A DNA stretch of 64,000 nt from an uncultured Gammaproteobacteria bacterium (GCA_964539545.1 CAZIJG010000002.1:6624-70623); one strand, 5' to 3'. Positions 20,983 through 31,655 are shown, numbered from the stretch's first letter. Translations and numbers: made by a program. Notes: generated from the letters alone by a model not told the origin.

Positions 20983-22038
20983 ATGAACAGCTTTTTTAAA
21001 TCCCTCATTATTTTAATCTGTTTTCTATCTATATTATGGCCCCTGGGCACATCAGCTCAGGATCCGTATAACTCCAAAGGTTGGCAAGGCATAATTATTC
21101 AAGAAATTCTGCCCAACCCAGTAGACAAAGATCGGGACAAAGAATGGATTAAATTATATAACTCATCTAATCAAGAAATTAATCTTAAAAATTGGGTATT
21201 GGTAGATCGATTTGGCCAAAACCATTTTTTTGTTTTTCAAAAAGATACTTGGCTAGAAGATGACGATTATATTATTATGTCTCGCTCAGAGACTCAAATA
21301 ACTTTAAATAATTTTGAAGAAGAGCTGTCTCTATTCGACCCAGCTGGAGAATTGATTGATCAAATTAGTTATATTAATGCTCCAGCCGGAGAGACTCTGC
21401 TTTACTCTGATAATAGCTGGCGATGGGGAACAAAAGAAAAAACAACCTTGCAACCAGAGACACCTAACATTGTAGAGGGCATAGTTATAACATTACCGGG
21501 GGATATAAGTTTACAATATTTTTTTATTGCCAGAGACGCTCAACAATCTGAAACTATTCAAATATATAACTACAAAAAAGAGTTTCCCAAATTAAAACTA
21601 GGAGATTACATAAAAATTTCTGGAGAATTTAGTGACATTAATAATTATCTTAGGTTTAAAATATCAAAGCCTGAAGATATCGAGATTTTAAATCATCAAC
21701 CGCCAATTTCACCTCTAAATTCTTCTGATCTAAATAACTCTCTAGGAAAATTAGTTTCTATCTCTGGGACTATAATAGATAAAGATGGTAAATATCTAAT
21801 TTTAGATAATGAAATTAAACTAGATCCTTCATTATTAACCGTCAAACCAGCTACTAATGATCGAGTTAAAGCTAGCGGAATTGTGTTAACCAGCAGTAAA
21901 TACAAATACGTAAAAATTTTACCTGACTATGGAATAAAAAAGATAAATAAAGAAACTTCTAATAAAATTATTGTACTTTCTGTTCTAAGCGCTTTATCTC
22001 TAGCTGGTCTAGCCACTCTAAAAAACCATTTTGACTGA
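20983..22038 (+). CDS. Secreted lamin-tail-domain protein with OB-fold-like C-terminus
   Basis: IIIQEILPNP..DKEWIKLYN..INLKNWVL..LNN; C-terminal TM anchor. Confidence 0.75.
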   Translation: MNSFFKSLIILICFLSILWPLGTSAQDPYNSKGWQGIIIQEILPNPVDKDRDKEWIKLYNSSNQEINLKNWVLVDRFGQNHFFVFQKDTWLEDDDYIIMSRSETQITLNNFEEELSLFDPAGELIDQISYINAPAGETLLYSDNSWRWGTKEKTTLQPETPNIVEGIVITLPGDISLQYFFIARDAQQSETIQIYNYKKEFPKLKLGDYIKISGEFSDINNYLRFKISKPEDIEILNHQPPISPLNSSDLNNSLGKLVSISGTIIDKDGKYLILDNEIKLDPSLLTVKPATNDRVKASGIVLTSSKYKYVKILPDYGIKKINKETSNKIIVLSVLSALSLAGLATLKNHFD

Positions 22039-22092
22039 TTTAGTCTGTTTTGTTATAATAAGTCTACTTTTTAATTATTAATTTACCCTAAT

Positions 22093-23082
22093 ATGAAAAT
22101 ACAAAAGACCAATTTTGTTATCATTGGATTATCAATTCTCTTGGTAGCTGCTGTAGTCTGGGGAGCTGTAGCTTCTAGCACTGGAGTCAGCGCTATAGGG
22201 GCAGAGGAAGCCAAAAAAATCACTGAAACATTCATTAACGAAACTTTAATGACCTCTGGAACTAGTGCTACTATTGCTAGTGTAGAGAAGGTTAATGGAC
22301 TATATCGAATGATGGTAGATATTGGCTCTGGCCAGGAAGTCGCCTCCTATGTTAGTTTAGATGGTTCTACTTTCTTCCCCCAAGGTTTATCCATAAAAAA
22401 AGATATTACTGAACCGACTGTTAGTGATACTTCAGGAACTAATCAGACAACGCCAACTAACGTTCCTAAATCCGATAAACCTATAGTAGAACTATTCGTG
22501 ATGAGCTATTGCCCCTACGGCACTCAAATTGAAAAAGGAATCTTGCCAGCAATAGAAGCTCTAGGTGATGACATAGATTTCAAATTAAAATTTGTAGACT
22601 ACGCCATGCACGGACAAAGAGAATTAAACGAACAACTAAACCAATACTGTATTATGGAAGAATACCCTAAAAAGTTTAATGAGTATTTAACCTGTTTCTT
22701 AGATGAAGGTGAATCAGCCGGTTGTATCGAACAGATTGGCGCCAATGAAAACAAATTAGCTAATTGTATTACTGACACAGACGAAGATTATAAGATTACT
22801 TCTAACTTTGAAAACAAAGTAAACTTCAAAGGTAGTTACCCTGAATTTGGTATTTACAAAGATGACAACGTAAAATACGGCGTTGGTGGTTCTCCTACTT
22901 TGGTTATTAACGGTAGTAAAACGTCTTCTTCTCGTGACTCAGCTAGTTTATTAAATACTATTTGTAGTGCTTTCGAAGAGCAACCTGAGGCCTGCGGAAC
23001 ACAACTGTCTAGCGCTTCACCATCGCCTGGATTTGGTTTCGACACTTCTGCTGGAAGTAACTCAGCCGCTACTTGCAATTAA
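22093..23082 (+). CDS. Exported thioredoxin-fold (DsbA/GILT-like) protein
   Basis: N-terminal TM, VELFVMSYCPYG, AMHG, GVGGSPTLVING. Confidence 0.75.
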   Translation: MKIQKTNFVIIGLSILLVAAVVWGAVASSTGVSAIGAEEAKKITETFINETLMTSGTSATIASVEKVNGLYRMMVDIGSGQEVASYVSLDGSTFFPQGLSIKKDITEPTVSDTSGTNQTTPTNVPKSDKPIVELFVMSYCPYGTQIEKGILPAIEALGDDIDFKLKFVDYAMHGQRELNEQLNQYCIMEEYPKKFNEYLTCFLDEGESAGCIEQIGANENKLANCITDTDEDYKITSNFENKVNFKGSYPEFGIYKDDNVKYGVGGSPTLVINGSKTSSSRDSASLLNTICSAFEEQPEACGTQLSSASPSPGFGFDTSAGSNSAATCN

Positions 23083-23106
23083 TAATCAATCACTGAAAAT
23101 AAAAAG

Positions 23107-23132
23107 AAACCACCCTTTACCGGGTGGTTTTT
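23107..23132. terminator. Bidirectional intrinsic terminator
   Basis: AAACCACCC-tttacc-GGGTGGTTTTT. Confidence 0.8.
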
Positions 23133-23143
23133 TATTTTTTAAA

Positions 23144-24565
23144 TTACAACTTATGTACAACTAGCTTTCTAGCTTCCTCAGCAATTAACAAGGCCTTGCT
23201 GCTGGCAGCGCCTGTATAAGAACTAGGATTCTGCAATAATTCCATAACCTTTTCAGGGATATTGTCTACTACTTCTTTTAGCTTGTGGTCGGTAATGGTT
23301 AATTCCAGTAATGCACTTAGCAAATCTTTTCCCTTGGCTACTGGCATTAATTGTTTATTCACCAACTCATGAGCATCCCCTGTATAACCCGCCATTTGCA
23401 AAGCTATATAGAGAGGTTCCGCTATTACAAGTCCTGCACTTTGATTTAGGTTTCTTTGACAACTTTCCTCATCCACCGTTATAGCGGTTAGAAAGGCAAT
23501 CCCATTCTTACCTTTTCTCAGAAGAGTGTTTAGCTGATGTTGCAGGTTAATTAAAATTATAGGAAAATCACGAGCTATACAACTTCCAACCAAATCTCTC
23601 TGGTGATCACTAATCAGAGCATCTAAAACTTTCCCATATTCATTTTTAGTTTTCCAATAGAACCCCTCCAAGTTTTCAAAGTTAACTGGATTTCTCTTGT
23701 GAGCCATGGTCGAAGATCCAACTTGGCCATCTTCAAATGCTTCCCTAATCTCTGCGATTTCAGTGCGCATTAAATTACGGCCATCTCTACCAAATTGGCC
23801 CAAAGAAGCAGACATCATAACACAAGAATGCAAGAAGTACGCCAATGGTTCTGGCGGAAGAATTTGAGTACTAATAGCCGCTGGCTTCATTGCCAACTTG
23901 GCTAATACCTTTTTTTCAAAATCTCCGGTATCATCACTTAAACCTAAGCCAATCTGAGCATTATATGCTCCAACTGCTCCAGAAATTTTACCCACTAAAC
24001 TATTAACAAATCTCTCCATCTCATAATAATTGTACATCCAACGATTTAACACTGTCGCTAACCAAAAACCCACTGTAATAGGAAGGGCGTGCTGGCCATG
24101 TGTTCTACCAATCTGTTTGGTGTAAGCAAGATCAATGACTTTACTAGATAACAAACTAATAACCTGCAATAAGGCTGGCTTTATAGCTCCTTCATAGGCA
24201 CCAAAAAATGTCATAGATCTGCCAGTGTCAATTACGTCATAACTTGTTAAAGGCACATGTGCCCAACGGTTAATCTCTGATCGAATAACTTCTTGGATAG
24301 ATTTCACTAAAGCACGGATATCATGTTTAGTTACTGCTCTTTCCAGCTTATCCACCTGAGTAGTTTTAATTTGCTGTAGCTGTTTTTTAATGCTTACTGT
24401 AATTTTTGCATATTCATCATCTGGAATTACCTTAATGTCATGCAAAACTTCTAAAGTTGCCATTTCTACATCTACAAAAGTTTTATAGAGGTTATCATAG
24501 CCGAAATAAGGGATCATCTCTTTCGGTTGATACCGAAGATTCCCTGGTAAAAATAAATTATCCAT
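23144..24565 (-). CDS. purB: Adenylosuccinate lyase
   Basis: TKHDI, GRTHGQHALP, GSSTMAHKRNP. Confidence 0.92.
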   Translation of the reverse strand: MDNLFLPGNLRYQPKEMIPYFGYDNLYKTFVDVEMATLEVLHDIKVIPDDEYAKITVSIKKQLQQIKTTQVDKLERAVTKHDIRALVKSIQEVIRSEINRWAHVPLTSYDVIDTGRSMTFFGAYEGAIKPALLQVISLLSSKVIDLAYTKQIGRTHGQHALPITVGFWLATVLNRWMYNYYEMERFVNSLVGKISGAVGAYNAQIGLGLSDDTGDFEKKVLAKLAMKPAAISTQILPPEPLAYFLHSCVMMSASLGQFGRDGRNLMRTEIAEIREAFEDGQVGSSTMAHKRNPVNFENLEGFYWKTKNEYGKVLDALISDHQRDLVGSCIARDFPIILINLQHQLNTLLRKGKNGIAFLTAITVDEESCQRNLNQSAGLVIAEPLYIALQMAGYTGDAHELVNKQLMPVAKGKDLLSALLELTITDHKLKEVVDNIPEKVMELLQNPSSYTGAASSKALLIAEEARKLVVHKL

Positions 24566-24781
24566 AGTAACGTGATTTTAAATGTAAAGAACTAATTAAA
24601 CTATTACATCATTAATGATAAGGGAGGTCAAGAGTATTTCAATAAACATAATAAAAATTACAGCAAGAAATAAAAAAAGCTTCCCCTAAAGAAAGCTTCT
24701 AATCGTACATTCACTTTTGCTAAGAGAATGTAGATTGAAAAAATACGGTTAAGATTATCTTAAAAAATCTTAACCGTATTT

Positions 24782-25114
24782 TTACTTTAAAGCTTCTTCA
24801 ATATCTTCTTGCAAAGCTTCTTTCTGTCTTAATCCAACAAAATCTGCAATCACTTCACCGTTTTTAAATAATTTCATGTTAGGGATGCTTTGAATTTGAT
24901 ATTGAGCAGCTAATTCTTGATTAGTAGCATCTTCAGTATTCATTTTAGCAATTTTTACTTTACCTTCCATGTCTCCGGCCAATTCATTTAGAATTGGAGC
25001 CATCATTTTACAAGGCATGCACCATGGTGCCCAAAAATCTACTAACACTGGAACGTCTGACTTTAAAACTTCCTCTTCAAAGTTATCTTTTGTTAAATCT
25101 AATGCATTAGACAT
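24782..25114 (-). CDS. trxA: Thioredoxin
   Basis: VLVDFWAPWCMPCK, IQSIP. Confidence 0.95.
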   Translation of the reverse strand: MSNALDLTKDNFEEEVLKSDVPVLVDFWAPWCMPCKMMAPILNELAGDMEGKVKIAKMNTEDATNQELAAQYQIQSIPNMKLFKNGEVIADFVGLRQKEALQEDIEEALK

Positions 25115-25179
25115 GTAATTGTAATCTCCTTAAAGATCTCAAAAGAATACTTTAAAGATAAATTAATTAATTATTATAA

Positions 25180-25425
25180 TTATTTTGTAATTTCTGTAAC
25201 TAGTTTTTTCATCAGCTCTTTGTCTTTAGTTCTTGAACTCTCTAAACAGGATTTTAAATTCTGTTGCAAGTACTTTTCTAACAAAGAAGCCATAGCTGCT
25301 TTCACTGCCTTTAGTTGGATAATAGTTTTGGTACAAGCGGCGCTGTCTTCAGCCATCATTCGTTTAATTGCTCGTAATTGACCAATAATATTATTTACTC
25401 TATCGTCTAATGTTTTTTCTGCCAT
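25180..25425 (-). CDS. CsoR/RcnR family repressor
   Basis: RVNNIIGQLRAIKRMM..C..IIQLKAVKAAM..C. Confidence 0.85.
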   Translation of the reverse strand: MAEKTLDDRVNNIIGQLRAIKRMMAEDSAACTKTIIQLKAVKAAMASLLEKYLQQNLKSCLESSRTKDKELMKKLVTEITK

Positions 25426-25438
25426 AATGATAAAAATA

Positions 25439-25491
25439 ATAGCACCCCCTGGGGGTACTATCTACTATAGCACATAAATAAAAGGTGTCAA
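25439..25491 (-). promoter_or_regulatory. sigma70 promoter with CsoR/RcnR-type operator
   Basis: TTGACA (25486-91), extended -10 TGcTATAGT (25464-69), pseudo-palindrome ATAGCACCCCC-T-GGGGGTACTAT (25439-61). Confidence 0.75.
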
Positions 25492-25495
25492 GCTC

Positions 25496-26182
25496 TTATT
25501 TCTCAATAATTATATATAAGCTACCTTCTCCCTGAGAAGAATCTATAATTTTAAACCCGGCGGCTTTAATTTCTTTAGCTAGACTCTTAGGAGTAAAGGC
25601 ATAATAATATCTTTGGCTAATTTGACCACCTTTCCAATTAAATAATAAATCACCTCGATCCAGTCCTTTAAATATATTCCAAAAATAAGCCCTACGTAAT
25701 GGTTTTTTAAATTTTTTCCATTCTCTTAAATTCCAGACACTAATTATAGCCCTGCCATCATCAGTCAACTTAGCTCTTATACTCCGCAGAGCTTGCTGTC
25801 TTAGTTTCTTGCCCGGGATATGATGAAGAACTGCCACTGAAAAGATATAATCAAAGGAGCCTTGATGCAATTTTTCTAAATCTAAAAAGTCAACGTTTAG
25901 AAATTTCACATTATTTCTCTGCCCATATTTATTTTTAGCGATTTCTAACAATTGCTCACTATTATCTACTCCTAAGTACGAACAGTTTGTTGGTAATTCT
26001 TCAATTAACCTTCCGTTCCCGCAACCCAAGTCTAGAACATTATTATGGGGCTTAACTTTTTCTGCCCAATCAATAATCCTAGGCCACATTTTTCTTTCTC
26101 GACTAACAGAGAAATTATCTGCAATCTCGTTGTAGTTATCTTTTACAATCTTTAATAATTTTTGAACTTGTTTCTGCCTCAT
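25496..26182 (-). CDS. Class I SAM-dependent methyltransferase
   Basis: VLDLGCGNGR, FDYIFSVAVLHHIP. Confidence 0.9.
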   Translation of the reverse strand: MRQKQVQKLLKIVKDNYNEIADNFSVSRERKMWPRIIDWAEKVKPHNNVLDLGCGNGRLIEELPTNCSYLGVDNSEQLLEIAKNKYGQRNNVKFLNVDFLDLEKLHQGSFDYIFSVAVLHHIPGKKLRQQALRSIRAKLTDDGRAIISVWNLREWKKFKKPLRRAYFWNIFKGLDRGDLLFNWKGGQISQRYYYAFTPKSLAKEIKAAGFKIIDSSQGEGSLYIIIEK

Positions 26183-27957
26183 ATTAAATATTCTTTTTTT
26201 CGAAAATCTACTCCACCTAATTTATTCCTACTTCTTTCCCCTCTTAGACAATTATCACATTTTCCACAATCACCAGCTTCTTTATCACCAAAGTATTTTA
26301 AAATATATTTCTGTCTACAGAGAGTTTGATAAACATATTGCTCCATTTGATCTAATTTTTCATAGGCCCTCATTAATTTATCTTTTAGTTTTGAGAAATC
26401 TATATCTAATTCTCCATGTCTTTCTTTATTCAATATTTCTACCTCTGTACCTCTGAAAGGCGGTTTATATGAAACTAGTTTTTGTTCAGCTAAATTCTTT
26501 ATTAGCCTAATTAGAGAATCCTTTTTAATTTCTAAAATATCTGCCACCTCATCGGCATTAAACTGCCAACCACCAATAACTTCCTTAGAAAATTTATCTT
26601 CTAGTAATCCTAGAACCTCTCTTTGCTTTTTAGCTCTAGAGCTGAGTGCCTCTTTTAACTCCTCAAAGCCAACATTAGCTTTCAAAAATGCCTGACTATG
26701 TTTATCTGAGCTTCTTCTAACATACCCTTCCTTCTCTAAAATCTTTAAACTCGTACCGATAGCCATTTCTGGGGTGGTTTCAGACAATCTGGAGACTAGG
26801 TCACTATAGGTAAATAGCACCTTATTAGAATTTCCCTCATTCTGTTCATTCATATAGTCCCATAGCACATCATAAATTTCAGCAATTATATTAGGAGTCG
26901 GGTTATCTCCCTTAATAAAGAATTCTCTGAGAAATCTATCTTTAGGGGAATAAAATAATAAACAAAAACTGGGTTCACCATCTCTACCCGCTCTACCAGC
27001 TTCCTGATAATAAGCTTCGATAGTTCCTGGAATATCATGATGAACTACAAATCTTACATTCTTCTTGTCAATTCCTAAACCAAAAGCATTAGTAGCTACA
27101 ACAACTTTAACTTGATCATTAATAAAACTGTCCTGCACCCAATTTCTGCTATCTGAATCCATGCCAGCATGATAACTCGCTGCTTGGATATCTTCCGCTA
27201 ACAATTTTTCTACAATATCCTCGGCCTTACTTCTGGTTCCTACATAAACTATGCCTGAACTATCGCCAACTCCTTTGATAGCATCGACTATCATATCTCC
27301 TTTTTGCCAATCACTAGCTTCAATGACGGCAAAATGTAAATTAGGACGAGCAAAACCACTCATAACCAAAGTATAATCATCACCTAAATCTAGTTGCTTC
27401 GCAATGTCCTCTCTTACTTCTGGTGTAGCTGTAGCGGTCAGAGCTACTACCAATGGATTTCCCAAAAATTTAACTGCGTCTTTCACTCTCAAATAGCTAG
27501 GACGAAAATCATGCCCCCACTGACTAATACAATGAGCTTCATCAACAGCGAAGAGAGACACTTGTACCTCTTTCAAAATCGCCATGAACCGCTGGTTATA
27601 AAATCTTTCTGGCGCAATATAGACTAACTTATACTTATTAGCTGCAATTTCAACCAAACGCTTATCTGTCTCCTCTAAACTAATGGAAGAGTTAATAAAG
27701 GTAGCTGGAATATTTAATTTATCTAAACTATCTACTTGATCTTTCATTAAAGCAATCAAAGGAGAAATAACTATGGTAATTCCTTCCATTGCTAAAGCTG
27801 ATAACTGATAAATTAAAGATTTACCACCCCCCGTAGGAAGAATCGCTATAGTATCCTTACCAGCTAATAGACTTTCTAGAGCCTGTTCCTGTCCAGAACG
27901 AAATTCTTGAAAACCAAAATGTTTATGTAAGAGTTCTTTAAGTTGAGTTTTAGTCAT
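26179..27957 (-). CDS. recQ: RecQ family DNA helicase
   Basis: PTGGGKS, DEAHCISQWGHDFRP, QEAGRAGRDG, CR..YFG..CGKCDNC. Confidence 0.95.
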   Translation of the reverse strand: MTKTQLKELLHKHFGFQEFRSGQEQALESLLAGKDTIAILPTGGGKSLIYQLSALAMEGITIVISPLIALMKDQVDSLDKLNIPATFINSSISLEETDKRLVEIAANKYKLVYIAPERFYNQRFMAILKEVQVSLFAVDEAHCISQWGHDFRPSYLRVKDAVKFLGNPLVVALTATATPEVREDIAKQLDLGDDYTLVMSGFARPNLHFAVIEASDWQKGDMIVDAIKGVGDSSGIVYVGTRSKAEDIVEKLLAEDIQAASYHAGMDSDSRNWVQDSFINDQVKVVVATNAFGLGIDKKNVRFVVHHDIPGTIEAYYQEAGRAGRDGEPSFCLLFYSPKDRFLREFFIKGDNPTPNIIAEIYDVLWDYMNEQNEGNSNKVLFTYSDLVSRLSETTPEMAIGTSLKILEKEGYVRRSSDKHSQAFLKANVGFEELKEALSSRAKKQREVLGLLEDKFSKEVIGGWQFNADEVADILEIKKDSLIRLIKNLAEQKLVSYKPPFRGTEVEILNKERHGELDIDFSKLKDKLMRAYEKLDQMEQYVYQTLCRQKYILKYFGDKEAGDCGKCDNCLRGERSRNKLGGVDFRKKEYLI

Positions 27958-27961
27958 GAAT

Positions 27962-28801
27962 TTATTTGTGTCGGTTCTTAAACGCTTGCAGAGTATTATT
28001 AAATAACATGGCTATAGTCATAGGACCAATTCCTCCAGGAACTGGAGTAATATATGAAACCTTGTCTAATACATTCTTAAAGTTTACATCACCGAAAACC
28101 TTTTTATCTTGTTTAGTAATACCAATATCTATTACGATTACTTCGTTTTTAAAATAGCTCTTGGTCAACAACTGAGGCTGCCCCAAAGCTGTAATAACAA
28201 TATCGGCCTGAGTTATTTCTTTTTTTCTATTTGCAATTTCCTTATATTGGATTAAATTAACTTTAGCTTTCCTATTCTCTAATCTCTTAGCCAAACTCTG
28301 ACCAAAAATTTCTGAATTATACAAAATAACAATTCCCCTATTAGCTATATTACATTCTATCTCTTCAAATATTCTTAAAATTGAAGCAAAGACTGGAGAT
28401 AACAAAACATTATCTTCCATATCTCGAGCTAAACTTTCTTTATGAAATCCGTCGACATCTTTAGTGGAGAAAATTGCGTTAACAACTACATCGGTATCAA
28501 AATGTTTTGGCAGAGGTAACTGAACTAAAATACCATCAATTAATTCGTCTTTATTTAAACAGTCTATCACCGCTAACAATTCTTTTTCTGAAGTTTCTGT
28601 TGCTAAACGATAAAAATGTGTATCAATACCGACTGCCTTAGCCTGTTTCTGTTTCAAATCTACATACAATTTAGAATCTTCTCGATCTCCAACTAAAATA
28701 ATGGCCAGGTTAGGTCGCTGGCCATGTAAATTATATATTTCTTGAGTAATATCATCCTTTATTTTCTCAGCAATTTTCTTGCCGTCTATAATTTGTCCCA
28801 T
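27962..28801 (-). CDS. folD: Methylene-THF dehydrogenase/cyclohydrolase
   Basis: GILVQLPLP, KDVDGFH, TPVPGGIGPMT. Confidence 0.95.
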   Translation of the reverse strand: MGQIIDGKKIAEKIKDDITQEIYNLHGQRPNLAIILVGDREDSKLYVDLKQKQAKAVGIDTHFYRLATETSEKELLAVIDCLNKDELIDGILVQLPLPKHFDTDVVVNAIFSTKDVDGFHKESLARDMEDNVLLSPVFASILRIFEEIECNIANRGIVILYNSEIFGQSLAKRLENRKAKVNLIQYKEIANRKKEITQADIVITALGQPQLLTKSYFKNEVIVIDIGITKQDKKVFGDVNFKNVLDKVSYITPVPGGIGPMTIAMLFNNTLQAFKNRHK

Positions 28802-28803
28802 AG

Positions 28804-30042
28804 TTAGTACTTAAGGGGGAATCTCTGACATAGTCTGATAACCTCACCTCTAATATATTTAATATCTTCCATATTATCTTTGCTCCTAAGCGCCTTATCT
28901 ACTAATTTAGCTACTTTCCTAGTGTCGTCTTCCTTGAGACCACGGGTAGTGATAGCTGGAACTCCTAATCTTAAACCTGAAGGATTGAATGGAGGGCGAG
29001 GATCGTTAGGAATAGTAGAACGAGAAACTGAAATTCCTATCTCCTCTAAAACCTTTTCCGCATCCTTACCGCTAAGATCTAGACTACTAATATCTAAAAC
29101 AAACATGTGGTTATCTGTGCCACCAGATACAATCTTATAGCCTAAAGTTACAAATTCATCAGCCAAAGCCTTTGAATTTAGAATTATTTGTTTAGTATAT
29201 TCTTTAAATTCTGGTTTGGCAGCTTCAGCAAAAGCCACGGCTTTAGCAGCTGTCATATTATCATGTGGACCACCTTGAGTCCCAGGAAATACTGCTTTAT
29301 CTATAGCTTTAGCATATTTTTCTTTGCACATAATGACGGCGCCTCTAGGTCCACGTAAAGTTTTGTGAGTAGTGGTTGAAACTACATCACAAATAGGAAC
29401 TGGATTAACAATTTCACCAGAAGCAATCAAACCGGCAATATGAGAAATGTCTGCAAACAGAATAGCTCCACTTTCATCAGCAATTTGTCTAAAACCCTCC
29501 CAGTCTAATTCTCTAGAATAAGCGCTAAATCCAGCTACAATCATTTTTGGCTTTTCTTCTAGAGCTAATTTTTTTACCTCTGCCATATCAACAAATCCTT
29601 CATTATCTAAACCGTAGTGAACAAAGTTATATAAACTGCCAGAAAAATTAACTGCGTGGCCATGAGTTAAATGACCGCCATGGTCCAATCTTAGGGCTAG
29701 CACTTTATCTCCTGGCTCTAAAAAAGCACTGTAGACTGCTAGATTAGCCGGGGAACCAGACAAAGACTGAACATTCATATGTTCAGCTGAAAATAGTGCT
29801 TTGCCTCTCGTTATTGCTAGATCTTCAATCTCATCAATAATCTGATTACCTCCATAATATCTTTTACCACTATATCCTTCACTATATTTATTAGCTAGAG
29901 GACTGGCCAAAGCTTCTAAAACTGCCCGAGAAACATAATTTTCTGAAGCAATTAACTCTAATTCGTTTTCTTGACGATTAGTCTCTCTTCTAATTATATC
30001 CAAGACTTCTTCGTCTTGATTTTCTAAATAATTGTATTCCAT
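28804..30042 (-). CDS. glyA: Serine hydroxymethyltransferase
   Basis: LIASEN, YSEGY, TTTHKTLRGPRG. Confidence 0.97.
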   Translation of the reverse strand: MEYNYLENQDEEVLDIIRRETNRQENELELIASENYVSRAVLEALASPLANKYSEGYSGKRYYGGNQIIDEIEDLAITRGKALFSAEHMNVQSLSGSPANLAVYSAFLEPGDKVLALRLDHGGHLTHGHAVNFSGSLYNFVHYGLDNEGFVDMAEVKKLALEEKPKMIVAGFSAYSRELDWEGFRQIADESGAILFADISHIAGLIASGEIVNPVPICDVVSTTTHKTLRGPRGAVIMCKEKYAKAIDKAVFPGTQGGPHDNMTAAKAVAFAEAAKPEFKEYTKQIILNSKALADEFVTLGYKIVSGGTDNHMFVLDISSLDLSGKDAEKVLEEIGISVSRSTIPNDPRPPFNPSGLRLGVPAITTRGLKEDDTRKVAKLVDKALRSKDNMEDIKYIRGEVIRLCQRFPLKY

Positions 30043-30080
30043 ATATTTATATTAAGTTAGCTAAGAACTTTTGTCAAAAA

Positions 30081-31655
30081 CTATTTTTCTAAACTTTTTA
30101 CCATATAAGTGCTATCTATATTATACCCTAATTTCTTATAATATCCACGCACTCCCACGCCTGAAATAATAGCCATTTTACTCGATTTATGCTTTTTAGC
30201 TATTTCTTCGGCTCTTTCTATTAACTGTTTCCCTAATCCTCTATGCTGAATTTTCTTATCTCGCCCAGTAGGCATTAATTCTCCATAAACATGTAGCTCT
30301 CTAATAACGGCCGGAGCAACTGGGCTATGAGTATCTAAACGTAACCTACAAAAACCATATAATACTTGTTTCTTACTATCAGTTAAACTAAGAAAATATT
30401 CTTTGCCGCCTGAAGCGTCATATTCAATATTATCCCAGATCAATTTCTTTGGTAAAGGTTTATCTCTAGCCTCCCGACAACGGATACAATCACATTTAAC
30501 TCCTCTGTCTTTCATAATCTGCCTAAGATTGGTAATTAGGTTACCAGCTTCAATAGATTCTCCCGGAATATCTCTAATCAATCTAATAATTCTAACATAT
30601 TTAGGTACTAAAGCTTTACATTTAACAATCAAGTTCTGCAATATCTTATCTGAATATGGTTTATATTCTCCTCGTTTCCACCATCTATATAACAAGCTTC
30701 CTTTAACAACTACCGTGGGATAAAGCTTCATCTGATCTGGCTGAAATCTGGACCCCAAAAATAAATTTCTAAACATCACCACATCTTTACTAGCATTGGA
30801 ACCTGGTAAGCCTGGCATAAAATGATAGGTTACTTTAAATCCATATTGTTTTAATAGTTTAGTTGCTTCTACCACCGCCTTAACACCATGACCTCGTTTA
30901 TTCTTTTCTAAAATCTTATCTGAAATTGCTTGAACGCCAATTTCTACTCTGGTACATCCTAACTTTCTCATTAATTTTAATTCTATAGAATCAATATAGT
31001 CTGGTCTAGTCTCTAGAGTTAACCCAATAATTTTATACTTAGCTTTCTCATTCCTTTTTTGTTCTTTAAGCAAGTGTTTTTCTAAATTATCTACATTCTT
31101 CTGAGTTCTAATTTTAGTTTTCTTTCGAGCATAATCATTAGCCGCCTTAAAACAACTGGCAATATACCAATATTTATAGGCTTTAGGAAAGAAGCTCCAG
31201 GTTCCTCCAATAACAATTAGTTCAATCTTGTTTGGATGATGACCATTAGCTTCTAAGGCTCTTAGCCTATCTTGAACCTGGTTATATGGATCGTAACCGC
31301 AACGGATTGCTCTCATTACTGCTGGTTCGTTAGATAAATAACTTACTGGCACATTTTTTTCATTGGGACAATAAACACAATTTCCTGGACAAGGATAAGG
31401 CTTAGTTAAAACTGCAACTGGAGCTATCCCAGATAAAGTTCTAATAGACCGTTTACGTAATAATTTTTCCAAAGGAATATTTCTGGCGATTCTGCCAGTT
31501 TTTACTGATTTTTGATAATATACGAAGATTTCTGAGTTCAACAAAATACCTATTTTATATTTTTTAGATAATTTTCGTTTAGCCGAATCCAAATCTTTAA
31601 TATTTTTTGTCTTCAAACTATATGTATTTAAAAATTCTTTTATTGCTTGAGTCAT
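30081..31655 (-). CDS. Elp3-type radical SAM/KAT tRNA U34 carboxymethyltransferase
   Basis: CPGNCVYCP, ETRPD, RELHVYG, QHRGLG, ISGVGVRGYY. Confidence 0.92.
   Translation of the reverse strand: MTQAIKEFLNTYSLKTKNIKDLDSAKRKLSKKYKIGILLNSEIFVYYQKSVKTGRIARNIPLEKLLRKRSIRTLSGIAPVAVLTKPYPCPGNCVYCPNEKNVPVSYLSNEPAVMRAIRCGYDPYNQVQDRLRALEANGHHPNKIELIVIGGTWSFFPKAYKYWYIASCFKAANDYARKKTKIRTQKNVDNLEKHLLKEQKRNEKAKYKIIGLTLETRPDYIDSIELKLMRKLGCTRVEIGVQAISDKILEKNKRGHGVKAVVEATKLLKQYGFKVTYHFMPGLPGSNASKDVVMFRNLFLGSRFQPDQMKLYPTVVVKGSLLYRWWKRGEYKPYSDKILQNLIVKCKALVPKYVRIIRLIRDIPGESIEAGNLITNLRQIMKDRGVKCDCIRCREARDKPLPKKLIWDNIEYDASGGKEYFLSLTDSKKQVLYGFCRLRLDTHSPVAPAVIRELHVYGELMPTGRDKKIQHRGLGKQLIERAEEIAKKHKSSKMAIISGVGVRGYYKKLGYNIDSTYMVKSLEK

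Noticed and set aside
24672-24783. Three consecutive hairpins downstream of trxA
   Set aside because: Adequately explained as terminators; no repeated unit or ncRNA motif recognised.
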